DNA from: an uncultured virus (IMG/VR IMGVR_UViG_3300047160_006212)
Lineage: Duplodnaviria > Heunggongvirae > Uroviricota > Caudoviricetes
Reading direction: 5' to 3' (one strand)
DNA: 64,000 nucleotides
IMG/VR virus record: IMGVR_UViG_3300047160_006212
The notes under the pieces were generated by a model. The model was not told where the DNA came from. It did no database searches and saw only the letters and a list, made by a program, of their open reading frames with translations. The translations under genes and the position numbers were made by a program. The first letter of the stretch is position 1, and each line of letters opens with the position of its first letter. This document shows, in pieces, positions 34,554-44,743 of this stretch.

Positions 34554-35475
34554 GTGCCAGTAGCATTAGCGCAGATTCGCGATTTGCTCTTGCCGGGGCT
34601 TTAAGCTCTGGGGAGTCAGCGGCAAGTATCAACAGATCGAACGTCAGTGGCAGAAACTCTTCCGCACCACTGATTCGAAGATGGCGCTAGAGCGCCGGGC
34701 CTCGATGCGTTATCTGGGGCTCGCGCAGCTGAAGCAGGAAGGTGGTGTGACCGCCTTCGACAATGCGGCTGGCGAGCGCTATGTGTATAACCAAGAGCAC
34801 AACGAGATCGGCCTTGGTTATGCCATCACCCGCAAGGCCATCGATGACAATCTCTACAAGGCAGAGTTTGGCCCATCCAACGATGGTCTGATGGCATCTT
34901 TCCAGCAAACGGAAGAAATCTATGGTGCCAATGTCTTCAATACAGGTACGACTTTTAATAATGCCGTGGGCGGTGATGGGCAGGCCTTGTTCTCGCCGAC
35001 CCATCCGATTGACGGCAATACCATCGGCAACCGTCCGGGCACCGACCAAGACCTCAACGAGACCTCATTGCTCAATGCAGGTATCTCGGTCCGTTCGACG
35101 TGGCGGGATAATGCGGGCCTGAAAATCTACGCCCGTGGCCGCAAGGCTGTGATTCCCACACAGTTGGAACCCATTGCGCTCCGTCTGTTCAGGTCAGAGC
35201 TTCGGCCCGGCACGGCAGACAACGACGTGAACGCCATCCTTGGCATGAACGACAGCTTCAAGGAAGGCTTCATCATCAATGATTACCTGACCAGTTCGTT
35301 TGCGTGGTTCCTGCTGACCAACGTGGATGGCCTGATCTACATGGACCGCATCCCCTTCGAAATGGACATGAGTGTCGAATTTACCACTGACAACCTGCTT
35401 GTAAAGGGTTATCAGCGATACTCCTTTGGCTATTACGATTGGAGATCAGTTTATGGCAACTTCCCAACTTCGTGA
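34554..35475 (+). CDS. major capsid protein, frame interrupted at 34599-34608
   Basis: GTG-started MPVALAQIRDLLLPGL stops at TAA 34602; +1 frame continues LWGVSGKY...MALER...LGYAITRKAIDDNLY...GDGQALFS..HP...RYSFGYYDWR. Confidence 0.85.
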
Positions 35476-35564
35476 TGAAAATCAAGTGGTTGGTAAAAAC
35501 AAGAAAGGACATTGATGGATAACCCTAGACGTGATATACCCCCTTATACTAAAAGGAGGATATC

Positions 35565-36113
35565 ATGTCAAGGAAAGCGGACAAGCCTAGGACTTCAATC
35601 GCGCGGGTGCAAGAATTACTGCGATACGAGCCTGAAACTGGAAGCCTGTATTGGGTTATTGCTGTCGGTGGTGGAAACAGGGGAAAGCGAGTACGGGCTG
35701 GGTCACCAGCGGGATGTGTAAGAAGGACAAAGGAAAACGGAACTTGTTATCGATCTGTTTCTATCGATGGTAAACGATACCCCAGTACGCATGTGATATG
35801 GGCTTTAGTTCATGGTCGTTGGCCTAAACAGACAATCGATCATGCTAACGGTGAAACGTTAGACGATAGATTGGAGAACTTACGGGAGGCCACACCTTCA
35901 GAGCAGCAGTGGAACCAAAAGAAGGCAAAGAATAATACCAGCGGCTTCAAAGGTGTCGCTCTATGCGGTCGAAAATGGAAATGGCATATTAGGGTTGATA
36001 ACAAGATGAGTTGGTCAAAACAATCGTGGGATACTGCTGAAGAGGCTTTCGAGGATCGAAAGCATGCCATCGCGGCAATCCACGGCGAGTTTTCCAATTC
36101 GGGAGTTGCCTGA
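35565..36113 (+). CDS. HNH-AP2 homing endonuclease
   Basis: LLRYEPETG, IDHANG...NLREAT, NNTSGFKGV, HGEF. Confidence 0.88.
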   Translation: MSRKADKPRTSIARVQELLRYEPETGSLYWVIAVGGGNRGKRVRAGSPAGCVRRTKENGTCYRSVSIDGKRYPSTHVIWALVHGRWPKQTIDHANGETLDDRLENLREATPSEQQWNQKKAKNNTSGFKGVALCGRKWKWHIRVDNKMSWSKQSWDTAEEAFEDRKHAIAAIHGEFSNSGVA

Positions 36114-37111
36114 TGGTCATCAACGCAAACTCTGGCCCATCCGTCCAGTATGGCATCACCGTCACGTCGTCCGGTGCTGCCGCGCAGTACAATGAGGATC
36201 GGGGACCTTCGGTAGACGATCTCGGTACGGGCATGATGGACCCGCGTCCGTTCTATCGTTACAATCCCGGAGGTTCCGCCAACCCCAATTCCTCAGCTGC
36301 AATTGGATTTTCCGCCAATCAAATCGCCGCGTTCTATAACGGCGAAATCTTCATAGATTATATTCCATCCGCAGTATCAACCAACGGTCTTGTCAATGGC
36401 GGTGTTGTAACTGGTGGCGGGCAGAACGTTACAATCAGTGCAACGGGTGCTGGGTTCATTCAGACACAAATTGTAGCTCCGGAGACTGGGCAAGCCGTGA
36501 CGGTTTGGGCCATTGATAGCACGGCAGCTTTTGTGCCCTATGGCCAAAGTGGCAACATCGTGATGTGGAACCCGGCGGCTGGAACTGGCCGCTGCATTAC
36601 CTTCAATTCCTGCACAACCACCAATGCCGGTTTCTATACCATCGCCGGTCGTGATATGTATGGCTACAAGATGACCGAATCGGTTATCTCGTCTGGGAGC
36701 GTAGCTGGTAGCTCTACGGTCACAAGTCAGAAGGCCTTCAAGTATATCAGCGCGGTCACAAATTCGACCACTTGGACTTCGACCGGTGTGTGGATTGGCG
36801 TGGCTGATGTTTACGGCTGGCCCGCGCGTCTGAACTATGTCGGCCAGTTTGCCAGCGTGTCGGTATCCTCAAATGCTTATACTTACAATCAGGCTGTCCT
36901 GTTATCCTCTGTAACCGTGGTGCTGGGTTCGACTTACCCAACCCAAGGCTCAACCACGCCAGATGTTCGCGGAACCTATACGTCAAGTGTGGCGGCTGGC
37001 GGTAACTATCGCGTGCAGATGTTCATTCAGCCATCGCCCCTGCAGATGCAGGCAATTGGCACTGCCGATGCATCGGCGCTGTTTGGTCCGACGCATTTTA
37101 GTTCTGTCTAA
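36113..37111 (+). CDS. virion structural protein
   Basis: Beta-rich; GRDMYG.KMTE, KAFKYI, TTPDVRGTY. Confidence 0.65.
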   Translation: MVINANSGPSVQYGITVTSSGAAAQYNEDRGPSVDDLGTGMMDPRPFYRYNPGGSANPNSSAAIGFSANQIAAFYNGEIFIDYIPSAVSTNGLVNGGVVTGGGQNVTISATGAGFIQTQIVAPETGQAVTVWAIDSTAAFVPYGQSGNIVMWNPAAGTGRCITFNSCTTTNAGFYTIAGRDMYGYKMTESVISSGSVAGSSTVTSQKAFKYISAVTNSTTWTSTGVWIGVADVYGWPARLNYVGQFASVSVSSNAYTYNQAVLLSSVTVVLGSTYPTQGSTTPDVRGTYTSSVAAGGNYRVQMFIQPSPLQMQAIGTADASALFGPTHFSSV

Positions 37112-37124
37112 AGGAGGCCCATCC

Positions 37125-37397
37125 ATGGCCGGTAAAGCAGCGAAGTTCAAAAGGGGTGGTCGCGAAAGTGGCGGCGGCAAGGACCAGTCTGAAATGGGGC
37201 ATCGCGGTAAATATAATGCCGCTGACAGTGAGGTCATGAAGGAAGCCGAGTCCAAGGATAACGGCTTCAAGAAGGGTGGCAAGGTCATGGGCAAGAAGTC
37301 CAAGGCCCGCATGGACAAGTATGCACGGGGCGGACGGGCCGGTAAGTCGCCGTTCTCGTCAGCCAGGATCAAAGAGAATACGGCGAGCTGCAAGTAA
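37125..37397 (+). CDS. small basic virion-module protein
   Basis: SD AAGGAGG; repeated F/Y-xxGG motifs. Confidence 0.7.
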   Translation: MAGKAAKFKRGGRESGGGKDQSEMGHRGKYNAADSEVMKEAESKDNGFKKGGKVMGKKSKARMDKYARGGRAGKSPFSSARIKENTASCK

Positions 37398-37576
37398 TGG
37401 TTACGCTGACCGGGAAGATCAATTCGACCTTACAGCCCCTGAATACGAATATTAACAGCAGTCTGGCGCTTTACTATGAGCTTTGGAGTTTTGCTGTTCC
37501 ACAGGGGCAGAGTACATTAAGCAGTAGCATCAATTCCATCGATACGAATATCTGGTTGGCAAGCAAGCGAGACTGA
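37397..37576 (+). CDS. hypothetical protein
   Basis: 59-aa ORF filling the gap, TAATG coupling. Confidence 0.5.
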   Translation: MVTLTGKINSTLQPLNTNINSSLALYYELWSFAVPQGQSTLSSSINSIDTNIWLASKRD

Positions 37577-37579
37577 CCG

Positions 37580-37900
37580 ATGGCGATGTATGTAACCCTA
37601 TCTTCGGCTGGTGCTTCACCGGCCCTCGCCTGTACGGGTCTCGCCAAGACAACCATGGTGCAGGTGACGCAGTCTTCGAACACCGCCACCATCGATTTTA
37701 CCATCCAATGCACGATGGATGATCTTGCCCGCACGCCCAGCCCATCTTGGAGCAATATTTCCACGACACATTATTCCACGGCATACCAGATCGATGGCAT
37801 TACCGTTACCCTGTTAAGCCCTGTTGCGGGCCTGCGGCTATCATCTACAGGATGGTCAGCCGGGACAGCCACCTTGAAGATGCTGCAGTCATTGGGGTGA
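37580..37900 (+). CDS. structural protein (beta-sandwich-like)
   Basis: FTIQCTMDD...PVAGLRL; resembles 38094 protein. Confidence 0.6.
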   Translation: MAMYVTLSSAGASPALACTGLAKTTMVQVTQSSNTATIDFTIQCTMDDLARTPSPSWSNISTTHYSTAYQIDGITVTLLSPVAGLRLSSTGWSAGTATLKMLQSLG

Positions 37901-37902
37901 TC

Positions 37903-38085
37903 ATGGCCAAGAAATGGATTCAGTCAGCAATCAAGCATCCCGGGGCTCTGCATTCTCAGTTGGGCGTTCCGCAAGGTCAGAAGATACCGGCATCCAAGCT
38001 TGCAAAGGCAAGTCATTCGTCTAATCCGACGTTGCGCAGGCGAGCCAATCTGGCGAAGACCTTGAAGGGCTTCCACCACGGATAG
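37903..38085 (+). CDS. conserved small basic phage protein
   Basis: KWIQSAIKHPGALH..LGVP...RANLAKTL. Confidence 0.75.
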   Translation: MAKKWIQSAIKHPGALHSQLGVPQGQKIPASKLAKASHSSNPTLRRRANLAKTLKGFHHG

Positions 38086-38093
38086 GAGGCCAA

Positions 38094-38510
38094 ATGCCCA
38101 CTGCCGGATTAGTCTTCACCACAACCACAACCGGGTATTCGAGCACTTACAATTCCTCGGGCCCTTCCGGTGGAGGAACGCCTGTGCCGCCGACGCAATT
38201 GGGCGGGTACTGGGCTGGGTCTATCTATTATCCGGACATCATGCGGAACCCATTCAATATCGGTATTGGCTGTACTTGCCAATTGGGCGGTGTGGTGACC
38301 TCCTATAACGTGGAACATTCTTTCGATGATTACATGACCATTCCATCCACCAGTATGGTCTGGTTCCCTAATTCCGGCATCACGGCGGCCAGCACCAATG
38401 CCACTGGTAACTATGCCTATCCAATCCGGGCCATCAGGCTTAATGTGGTGACCGCAGGATCATCGACCCAGACGGTTACGATGACCTTGATACAGGCCGC
38501 AGGTGACTAG
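38094..38510 (+). CDS. structural protein
   Basis: PFNIGIG, YNVEHSFDD, GNYAYPIRAIRL. Confidence 0.7.
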   Translation: MPTAGLVFTTTTTGYSSTYNSSGPSGGGTPVPPTQLGGYWAGSIYYPDIMRNPFNIGIGCTCQLGGVVTSYNVEHSFDDYMTIPSTSMVWFPNSGITAASTNATGNYAYPIRAIRLNVVTAGSSTQTVTMTLIQAAGD

Positions 38511-38512
38511 CC

Positions 38513-39091
38513 ATGAGCGTCGGCGGATCAGGTCTGTCTTCTGGTGGCGGTTCCCTTGATATCGGAGCCCTGATGGAGCTGTTGACGTCCAAAGATGGCG
38601 CCAAGGCGCGCATTCAGGAATTTCAGGCCGCCAAGCAGGCTTTCGAGAAAGCTCAGGAAGACTTGAAGCTCGGTCATGCCGCCCGGGATATCCTGGATTC
38701 CGTCGAGTCCATCAAGGAGACCGCCAAGACAAAGATCGCGTCCGATCGCATTGCGTTCCAAAAAGAGATGGAAGCTGCCAAGAAAGCCCATCAGGACTGG
38801 CTAGATAGCACAAAGGCCGACATTCAGGCTAAGCTGGCCGATGCCAAGGACAAGGCTGATCATGCAGAGAAGCTAGATGGAGAACGGCGGGCTCTCTACG
38901 AGGAAGCTAAGCGTATCAAGGATCAGGCCGACACTGCCTTGATAGTGGCCAAGCGCGATATTGCCAACGCCGAACGTCACGCGAATCAGCTTGCAGCAAA
39001 GGCTGAAGCTGCCCTTCAGGAGTACACGTCCACCAAATCCAGGTATGACGCCGCCATCAAGGCGATCAAGGCTGCGGCGGCCAGCATCTAG
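38513..39091 (+). CDS. coiled-coil protein
   Basis: A/K/E-rich heptads. Confidence 0.7.
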   Translation: MSVGGSGLSSGGGSLDIGALMELLTSKDGAKARIQEFQAAKQAFEKAQEDLKLGHAARDILDSVESIKETAKTKIASDRIAFQKEMEAAKKAHQDWLDSTKADIQAKLADAKDKADHAEKLDGERRALYEEAKRIKDQADTALIVAKRDIANAERHANQLAAKAEAALQEYTSTKSRYDAAIKAIKAAAASI

Positions 39092-39101
39092 GAGGCTCTA
39101 G

Positions 39102-39536
39102 ATGGCAGTTGGCGGCGGCGGCGTTGAAGCTCTCTTCTGGATACCCCCCATAGCCCCCGGAAACGTTGCGTCATGGTTTGCGCCCGGCGTTCTTAAGGAC
39201 GGTGGCGCTGGTGGCACCGGAACTCTGACCTTTGTACAAACCACACCACCGACAGGGAGTAATATCACTGCCGGAATGCTGTGGTTTAACAGCTCCAATG
39301 GTCAGCTTTACGTCTATTATGATGACGGTACGTCCCAGCAATGGGTCTCGGTCTCCAATGATGGTGGTGGAGATGGAACCGGGGTTATCGTTAGCAATCT
39401 GCCTGTCGCTGGCTATACCGGGCGTCGTGCATTCGTGACAGATGCTACGGTAACTGCATTTGGTACTGTTGTCGCTGGCGGAGGCAGCAATGGGGTTCCT
39501 GTGTATGATGATGGGACGGATTGGAGAATCGGATGA
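39102..39536 (+). CDS. fibre-associated protein
   Basis: GMLWFNS..GQLYVYYDDG..QWV; VPVYDDGTDWRIG. Confidence 0.7.
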   Translation: MAVGGGGVEALFWIPPIAPGNVASWFAPGVLKDGGAGGTGTLTFVQTTPPTGSNITAGMLWFNSSNGQLYVYYDDGTSQQWVSVSNDGGGDGTGVIVSNLPVAGYTGRRAFVTDATVTAFGTVVAGGGSNGVPVYDDGTDWRIG

Positions 39537-41543
39537 ATGCCGCTGGATTTTCCAAATACGCCATCAGTCGGTCAACAATGGCCTTCACCGCCAACTAAGG
39601 GCGTGCCGGTCTGGACATGGGATGGCGTGAAATGGACGAAGTATCCCAAACCATTGTCGGTGCTGGGGTTGGACTTTCCAGACTCGCCGACTTACGGCGA
39701 GCAATGGCCATACCCTCCAGCGGTTGGAATACCGGTCTGGACGTGGGATGGCGCCGAATGGACCATAGGCCCGCTGGTCACTGTAAGTGGTCCGCCCGTA
39801 TCGGGGACGGGCACGGCGAGTGGAATAGGCGATGCCAGTGGCGTTGGTGTCTCGATTGCTTCTGCAGTGGGGAATGCCTCAGGTACGGGCGATGCGAGTG
39901 CGGCGGCAACTGCGATCATTTCCTGTATTGGGAATGCGGCGGGAATAGGCGGGGCGGCAGCCGGTTCAACCGTGACCCTTTCTGGTGTTGGGAATGCGGC
40001 GGGGACGGGCGCGGCAAGTGGGTTGTCGGGTGCTGCCATTGTCGCTGCAGCAGCGGGCATTGGCGATGCGAGCGGGGTTGGAGCTTCGACCGTATCGGGT
40101 GCTGGCAGTGCGGTGGGGACGGGTACGGCCTTCGCGATTGGAGCGTCCACCAATTCTGGGGTGGGCAGTGCGGCGGGGACGGGCACAGCACAGGCACAAG
40201 CGGCGGGGCAGGGCAATGCTAATGGTACGGGAGCGGCATCTGGTGTCGGTGTCTCGGTGGCTCAGTCCGTTGGAGCTGCGACTGGAACTGGTGCCGCGAG
40301 TGCCGTTGGAGCCGCAACCTTCACTGCGACCGGTGGTGCAGCTGGAACGGGTGCGGCCTCTGCCACGGGCGCGTCGACTGGTTCCGGGACCGCCAGTGCA
40401 GCAGGCACAGGCGCAGCCAGTGCTGTTGGGACTGCGATTGCGACTGGTGTTGGCAGTGCGACGGGCACGGGCACCGCGAGCGGGCTATCGGGCGCTGCTT
40501 TTGTCGCTGCAGCGGCTGGTATTGGCACAGCAAGCGCTGTTGGAGCGTCCACCGCTACGGGAACGGCCACGGCAGCTGGAACCGGTACGGCGAGTGCGTC
40601 CGGGGCATCGGTTGCTTCTGCGACTGGTAATGCGGTTGGTACAGGCACTGCCAGCGCTCAAGCGGCGGCACAGGGTGCAGCGGCCGGAACAGGGGCTGCG
40701 TCTGGTGTTGGTGCATCCGTGGCTCGCTCGACGGGCTCTGCAACAGGTACAGGCACGGCTTCAGCTCAGGCGGCTGGGCAAGGCACGGCAGCAGGCACGG
40801 GGTCCGCAGTCGCTGTCGGCGCCTCGACAGCCTCCTCGATTGGTAGTGCGACAGGCACGGGTTCCGCTGCTGCGCAGGCAGCTGGTCAAGGCGCTGCGAC
40901 GGGGACAGGCAGTGCCTCTGCGGTTGGTTTGGTCTTTGCGTCAAGCGTTGGCTCTGCATCCGGGACGGGCACGGCCTCTGCGATCGGTATTGGGGAATCG
41001 GTTGGCAGCGCGACAGGCACAGGCACCGCGAACGGTGTCGGTGCTTCGACGGCATTGGCTACGGCTGCAGCGAGTGGAACGGGCACGGCTTCCGGTGTGG
41101 GTGCCTCGACCGCCTCGGCGACTGCGAGTGCAACAGGAACCGGGTCCGCTTCCGCTGTTGGCAGCTCAGTTGCATCCTCGCCGGCCAGTGCGAGCGGGAC
41201 AGGCACAGCGAGTGCCGTGGGCGCCTCTACGGCTAGGTCTCCTGCATCTGCGTCCGGCACGGGCACAGCGGCGGCACAGGCAGCTGGGCAGGGTGCAGCG
41301 AGCGGAAGCGGGTCTGCCTCGGCGGTTGGTAGATCGACGGTCACGGCAACCGGCAGCGCGTCCGGCACGGGTGCAGCGGCTGCACAAGCTGCGGGTCAGG
41401 GTTCAGCGAGCGGGACTGGCTTGGGGAGTGGGGTTGGTGCGGCGACCGTTTCTGCGGTTGGCAGTGCGAGTGGGACAGGAACGGCAAGTGGCGTTGGTTC
41501 TTCGACATCGTACACGCCAACGTATTTGTACTATGGCTTCTAA
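39537..41543 (+). CDS. Ala/Gly/Ser/Thr-repeat fibre-like virion protein
   Basis: Two LDFP...WTWDG..W modules, then ~570 aa of GTGxAS repeats. Confidence 0.75.
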   Translation: MPLDFPNTPSVGQQWPSPPTKGVPVWTWDGVKWTKYPKPLSVLGLDFPDSPTYGEQWPYPPAVGIPVWTWDGAEWTIGPLVTVSGPPVSGTGTASGIGDASGVGVSIASAVGNASGTGDASAAATAIISCIGNAAGIGGAAAGSTVTLSGVGNAAGTGAASGLSGAAIVAAAAGIGDASGVGASTVSGAGSAVGTGTAFAIGASTNSGVGSAAGTGTAQAQAAGQGNANGTGAASGVGVSVAQSVGAATGTGAASAVGAATFTATGGAAGTGAASATGASTGSGTASAAGTGAASAVGTAIATGVGSATGTGTASGLSGAAFVAAAAGIGTASAVGASTATGTATAAGTGTASASGASVASATGNAVGTGTASAQAAAQGAAAGTGAASGVGASVARSTGSATGTGTASAQAAGQGTAAGTGSAVAVGASTASSIGSATGTGSAAAQAAGQGAATGTGSASAVGLVFASSVGSASGTGTASAIGIGESVGSATGTGTANGVGASTALATAAASGTGTASGVGASTASATASATGTGSASAVGSSVASSPASASGTGTASAVGASTARSPASASGTGTAAAQAAGQGAASGSGSASAVGRSTVTATGSASGTGAAAAQAAGQGSASGTGLGSGVGAATVSAVGSASGTGTASGVGSSTSYTPTYLYYGF

Positions 41544-41554
41544 AGGAGACGACA

Positions 41555-42007
41555 ATGGCAAATATTGGCGGCACGACTGAGACTAATATCCTCAAACTGA
41601 TCTACAACGCGACGGCTTGGGCGAATTACGCGGACAACGCGGCAACCTCCCCGCAGACGCAGATCGGGGTTGCTCTGCATACGGCTGATCCAGGCACTGC
41701 GGGGACGGCCGCCACGAGTGAGGCTGCTTATACAGGTTACACCCGGGTCAACGTGGCGCGAACCTCGGGCGGCTGGACGGTCACGGCGACCGGCCCAGCC
41801 AGCACATCGCCGGTTGCTGCGATCAACTTCCCGGCTGGGACTGGCGGTTCGGGTACCGTGACGAATTTCTCGACATCGTTCTCCAATGCGTCGCCGCCAA
41901 CTGGCACGCAGACGCTGTTGTGGATGGGAACGGTGACGCCGAACATTGTCACGGGCAATGGTGTCACGCCGTCATTGTCTACGGCATCGACCATCACATT
42001 GCTCTGA
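41555..42007 (+). CDS. tail/fibre-associated structural protein
   Basis: VALHTADPG...SEAAYTGYTRV. Confidence 0.75.
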   Translation: MANIGGTTETNILKLIYNATAWANYADNAATSPQTQIGVALHTADPGTAGTAATSEAAYTGYTRVNVARTSGGWTVTATGPASTSPVAAINFPAGTGGSGTVTNFSTSFSNASPPTGTQTLLWMGTVTPNIVTGNGVTPSLSTASTITLL

Positions 42008-42013
42008 CGAGGG

Positions 42014-42484
42014 GTGGCGATGATGGACAGCGATGCGGCCATCAAGCAGTGTCTTGAGGAAATGGATGTCGATGGCATCCGGTCTCTATGGCATCTTGTT
42101 GCTCCGGATGCACCGCAGCCGGAAACGAACTTCGAAGCGATGGTCACGCTGCACATGGCGCGAACCAGGATGCTAATCCTGACCAAGCGGCAGCGTTACT
42201 ACTCGCATCGGTGGCTGCTGGATCATAATCATCCATCGTTGCTGCCCGACGCGGAAAGGCCCTCGGCGGAGCGGATGTATCCCCAGGTCAAGCGAAGTGT
42301 TGGCATTGCGCTTGGTTCAGCATCCAGTGTGGTGGAAAGCGCTGTTCCTATTATCCGGGGTGCGATGGAAAGAGCAGTCATGGAAGTTTATGCGGATGGT
42401 CGCGAAGACGACACTCCGCTTATCAGGAAGCATATGGCAGAAGCAAGAGACAAGGCGGTTAAGGGACTATTTGGGAAGCTGTAA
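42014..42484 (+). CDS. hypothetical protein
   Basis: 156-aa ORF in operon. Confidence 0.65.
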   Translation: MAMMDSDAAIKQCLEEMDVDGIRSLWHLVAPDAPQPETNFEAMVTLHMARTRMLILTKRQRYYSHRWLLDHNHPSLLPDAERPSAERMYPQVKRSVGIALGSASSVVESAVPIIRGAMERAVMEVYADGREDDTPLIRKHMAEARDKAVKGLFGKL

Positions 42485-43783
42485 ATGAGTGATCCGGTTG
42501 TAAGCATTACGAATGGCGTACCGACTAGCGGCACGGGGACGATCACTACGCTTGGCCTGACGATCCCACCTGCTGCGACGACGACGACGACGGTGCAGGG
42601 CGGCCCGATGTGTCAGGGGGCAGTTGTAACCTCTGCTCCCACCTATACCAATGCGACAATCAACGCTCTGACGTTGGACACGGGCGGAAGATTGAACACA
42701 GTGGCGCGCGTCCTGGGCAATGCCGGCGGCATTCTTGATGCGGCCTCGACCCAGAATGTCGCGACGCCGGCCAACATGATTCTGACGGGTGGCGAGTTCA
42801 ATACGACGCCGACGACCATCACCTCGGGCAATTGCAGTCCGCTGCAGCTTGATGCTCAGGCCAATACGCGAGTTGTGCAGCCGTTTTCATCGCTGACCAC
42901 CGCGGCGTGGAACAGTTCGACAACGCTCGGTACCTGGCAGGCTTTCATATTTGGTCAGGTTCTCTACAGTTCAATTGTCGGCTCGATGGTTACGACGACG
43001 ACGATCACGGGCGGCGCGCTGACGTTTGAAGAGAGTTATGATGCCGGAACGACATACAAAGCCATCCCGACATCGCGCTTGATCGATCCGATCACCAATA
43101 CGCTGCTGGCCAACCCGTATACCTTGACGGCGAACGCCAACCAGCAATTCCAGATTCTCACGATAGGGTGTGCTTTTATCCGGGTCCGGTTGTCGACGGT
43201 GATTGCTGGCACGGGCACTTTGACGCTGTTCTGGGTCGTTGGTTCGCTTCCTGGCGACGAGCAGGTGTTCCAGAGCAACCCGGCCAATCTACAATCCGCA
43301 ATGTCCGGCGATACGGCAAATGCTGCGACCGATGCGGGCTACCCTGTCAAGATCGGCGGCCTCGCCAAGACGACGAACCCGACCGCGGTTTCGGATGGTC
43401 AGCGTGTCAATGCGACGTTTGACAAGCAGGGCAAGCAGGTCGTAGTCGGCGCGATCCGGCAACTCAAAGGCGTGCAGAACACTTCGATCACGGCATCGAC
43501 TGAGACCACGGTTCTCACCGCTGGCGCTGCGGGTGTATTTCAGGATTTGTATGGCTTGACCTTAACGAACAGCAGCGCGACGGTGGCGCTTGTGACCATC
43601 AAGGATGCGACGGCTGGCACGACACGGTTTGTTTTCGAAGTACCGGCAAACGACACGCGTGGTTTCATGCTGCCGGTTGATAGTGCGGTGCCGCAAGCGA
43701 CCGCGGCGAACAACTGGACTGCAACGGTTTCGCCAGCTACGACGACGCTGTATGTAACGTGTCTTTATGTGAGCAATACGTAG
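42485..43783 (+). CDS. Thr-rich structural/fibre protein
   Basis: 432 aa; PVKIGG, PTAVSDGQRV. Confidence 0.7.
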   Translation: MSDPVVSITNGVPTSGTGTITTLGLTIPPAATTTTTVQGGPMCQGAVVTSAPTYTNATINALTLDTGGRLNTVARVLGNAGGILDAASTQNVATPANMILTGGEFNTTPTTITSGNCSPLQLDAQANTRVVQPFSSLTTAAWNSSTTLGTWQAFIFGQVLYSSIVGSMVTTTTITGGALTFEESYDAGTTYKAIPTSRLIDPITNTLLANPYTLTANANQQFQILTIGCAFIRVRLSTVIAGTGTLTLFWVVGSLPGDEQVFQSNPANLQSAMSGDTANAATDAGYPVKIGGLAKTTNPTAVSDGQRVNATFDKQGKQVVVGAIRQLKGVQNTSITASTETTVLTAGAAGVFQDLYGLTLTNSSATVALVTIKDATAGTTRFVFEVPANDTRGFMLPVDSAVPQATAANNWTATVSPATTTLYVTCLYVSNT

Positions 43784-43790
43784 GAGGCCG

Positions 43791-44252
43791 ATGGTGGATT
43801 ACACGGCGCTCATCAATGCCTGGAATAGTCCAACCCAGCCGCCGACTGGTGTTACGGGGTCTGGGTTGGCTCCGGGCGATACGACCGCTCAGAAGGTGGC
43901 CAAGGTGAATGGATGGACCGTGGCGGCGCCGCAGAAGGCGATGTTCACCGGCACCCAGATCATCAACACGATCGTTGCGACCGACTTGGCCGGGTTGACC
44001 GCGCTTCAGGTCGCGCAGCTTCAACTGTTGATCCTGGATGCGTCGATCGACGCTTCGAAAGGCACGTCGGTCCGGACAGCCATACAGAACATGTTCGCGG
44101 GCAAGACTCAGACCCTTCAGGCGCTGGCGGCTTTGGTGGCTCCTTTCGATAACTACATTCATACGTGGTGCGAGGACAACAGTTATCCGTTTAACAGCCA
44201 GACTCTCGGTGGTCTTTCGGTTGCGGACGCGCAGAATGCAGGGCTTACATAA
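43791..44252 (+). CDS. hypothetical structural protein
   Basis: SD AGGAGG; operon position. Confidence 0.65.
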   Translation: MVDYTALINAWNSPTQPPTGVTGSGLAPGDTTAQKVAKVNGWTVAAPQKAMFTGTQIINTIVATDLAGLTALQVAQLQLLILDASIDASKGTSVRTAIQNMFAGKTQTLQALAALVAPFDNYIHTWCEDNSYPFNSQTLGGLSVADAQNAGLT

Positions 44253-44743
44253 TGACGAACAGGACAGCATGGACTGCAGGTAATGGCGTCGGTTTTACCT
44301 GGACCACTGTGATCAACTCGGCCGACCTTGTCTCGTTGCCGAATGGCAGTGCCGTGCTGAGCAGTGTGACTGGCGTCGCGAACCAGACCAATCTGGATAT
44401 GTTCATGGATATTTCGGTGCGGTGCGCCATTGCCTCAAGCACCATTGCCGCCGGCGCCAATCTTGCGCTGTGGCTTTATGCGTTGCTGGACGACGGGACG
44501 ACGTATGGGGATGGGCAGTTTGTTGCGGGAACACAGGCCGCGAAAACACCGACCTTCCCTCCAATCGGTACGATTCCGTTGGTTGCAGCAGCATCGCAGA
44601 CGACGCTGGTGGGATTCATTCAGCAGGTGATTATTCCGCCTGGCACCTTCAAGCTGGCGCTGCAGAACAACAGTGGATTTACGTTCACCTCGGGAACGCA
44701 GACCGTGATGTATCGGACTTACAACATCCAGCTGAATAACTAA
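44252..44743 (+). CDS. hypothetical structural protein
   Basis: DDGTTYGDG; TAATG coupling. Confidence 0.65.
   Translation: MTNRTAWTAGNGVGFTWTTVINSADLVSLPNGSAVLSSVTGVANQTNLDMFMDISVRCAIASSTIAAGANLALWLYALLDDGTTYGDGQFVAGTQAAKTPTFPPIGTIPLVAAASQTTLVGFIQQVIIPPGTFKLALQNNSGFTFTSGTQTVMYRTYNIQLNN

Noticed and set aside
34599..34608. Group I intron in the capsid gene
   Set aside because: Only 4-7 extra nt and no catalytic core; at most a remnant or assembly collapse
39985..41580. 531-aa Arg-rich alternative-frame ORF and antisense Pro/Ala ORFs
   Set aside because: By-products of the low-complexity GCN/GGN/ACN codon repeat
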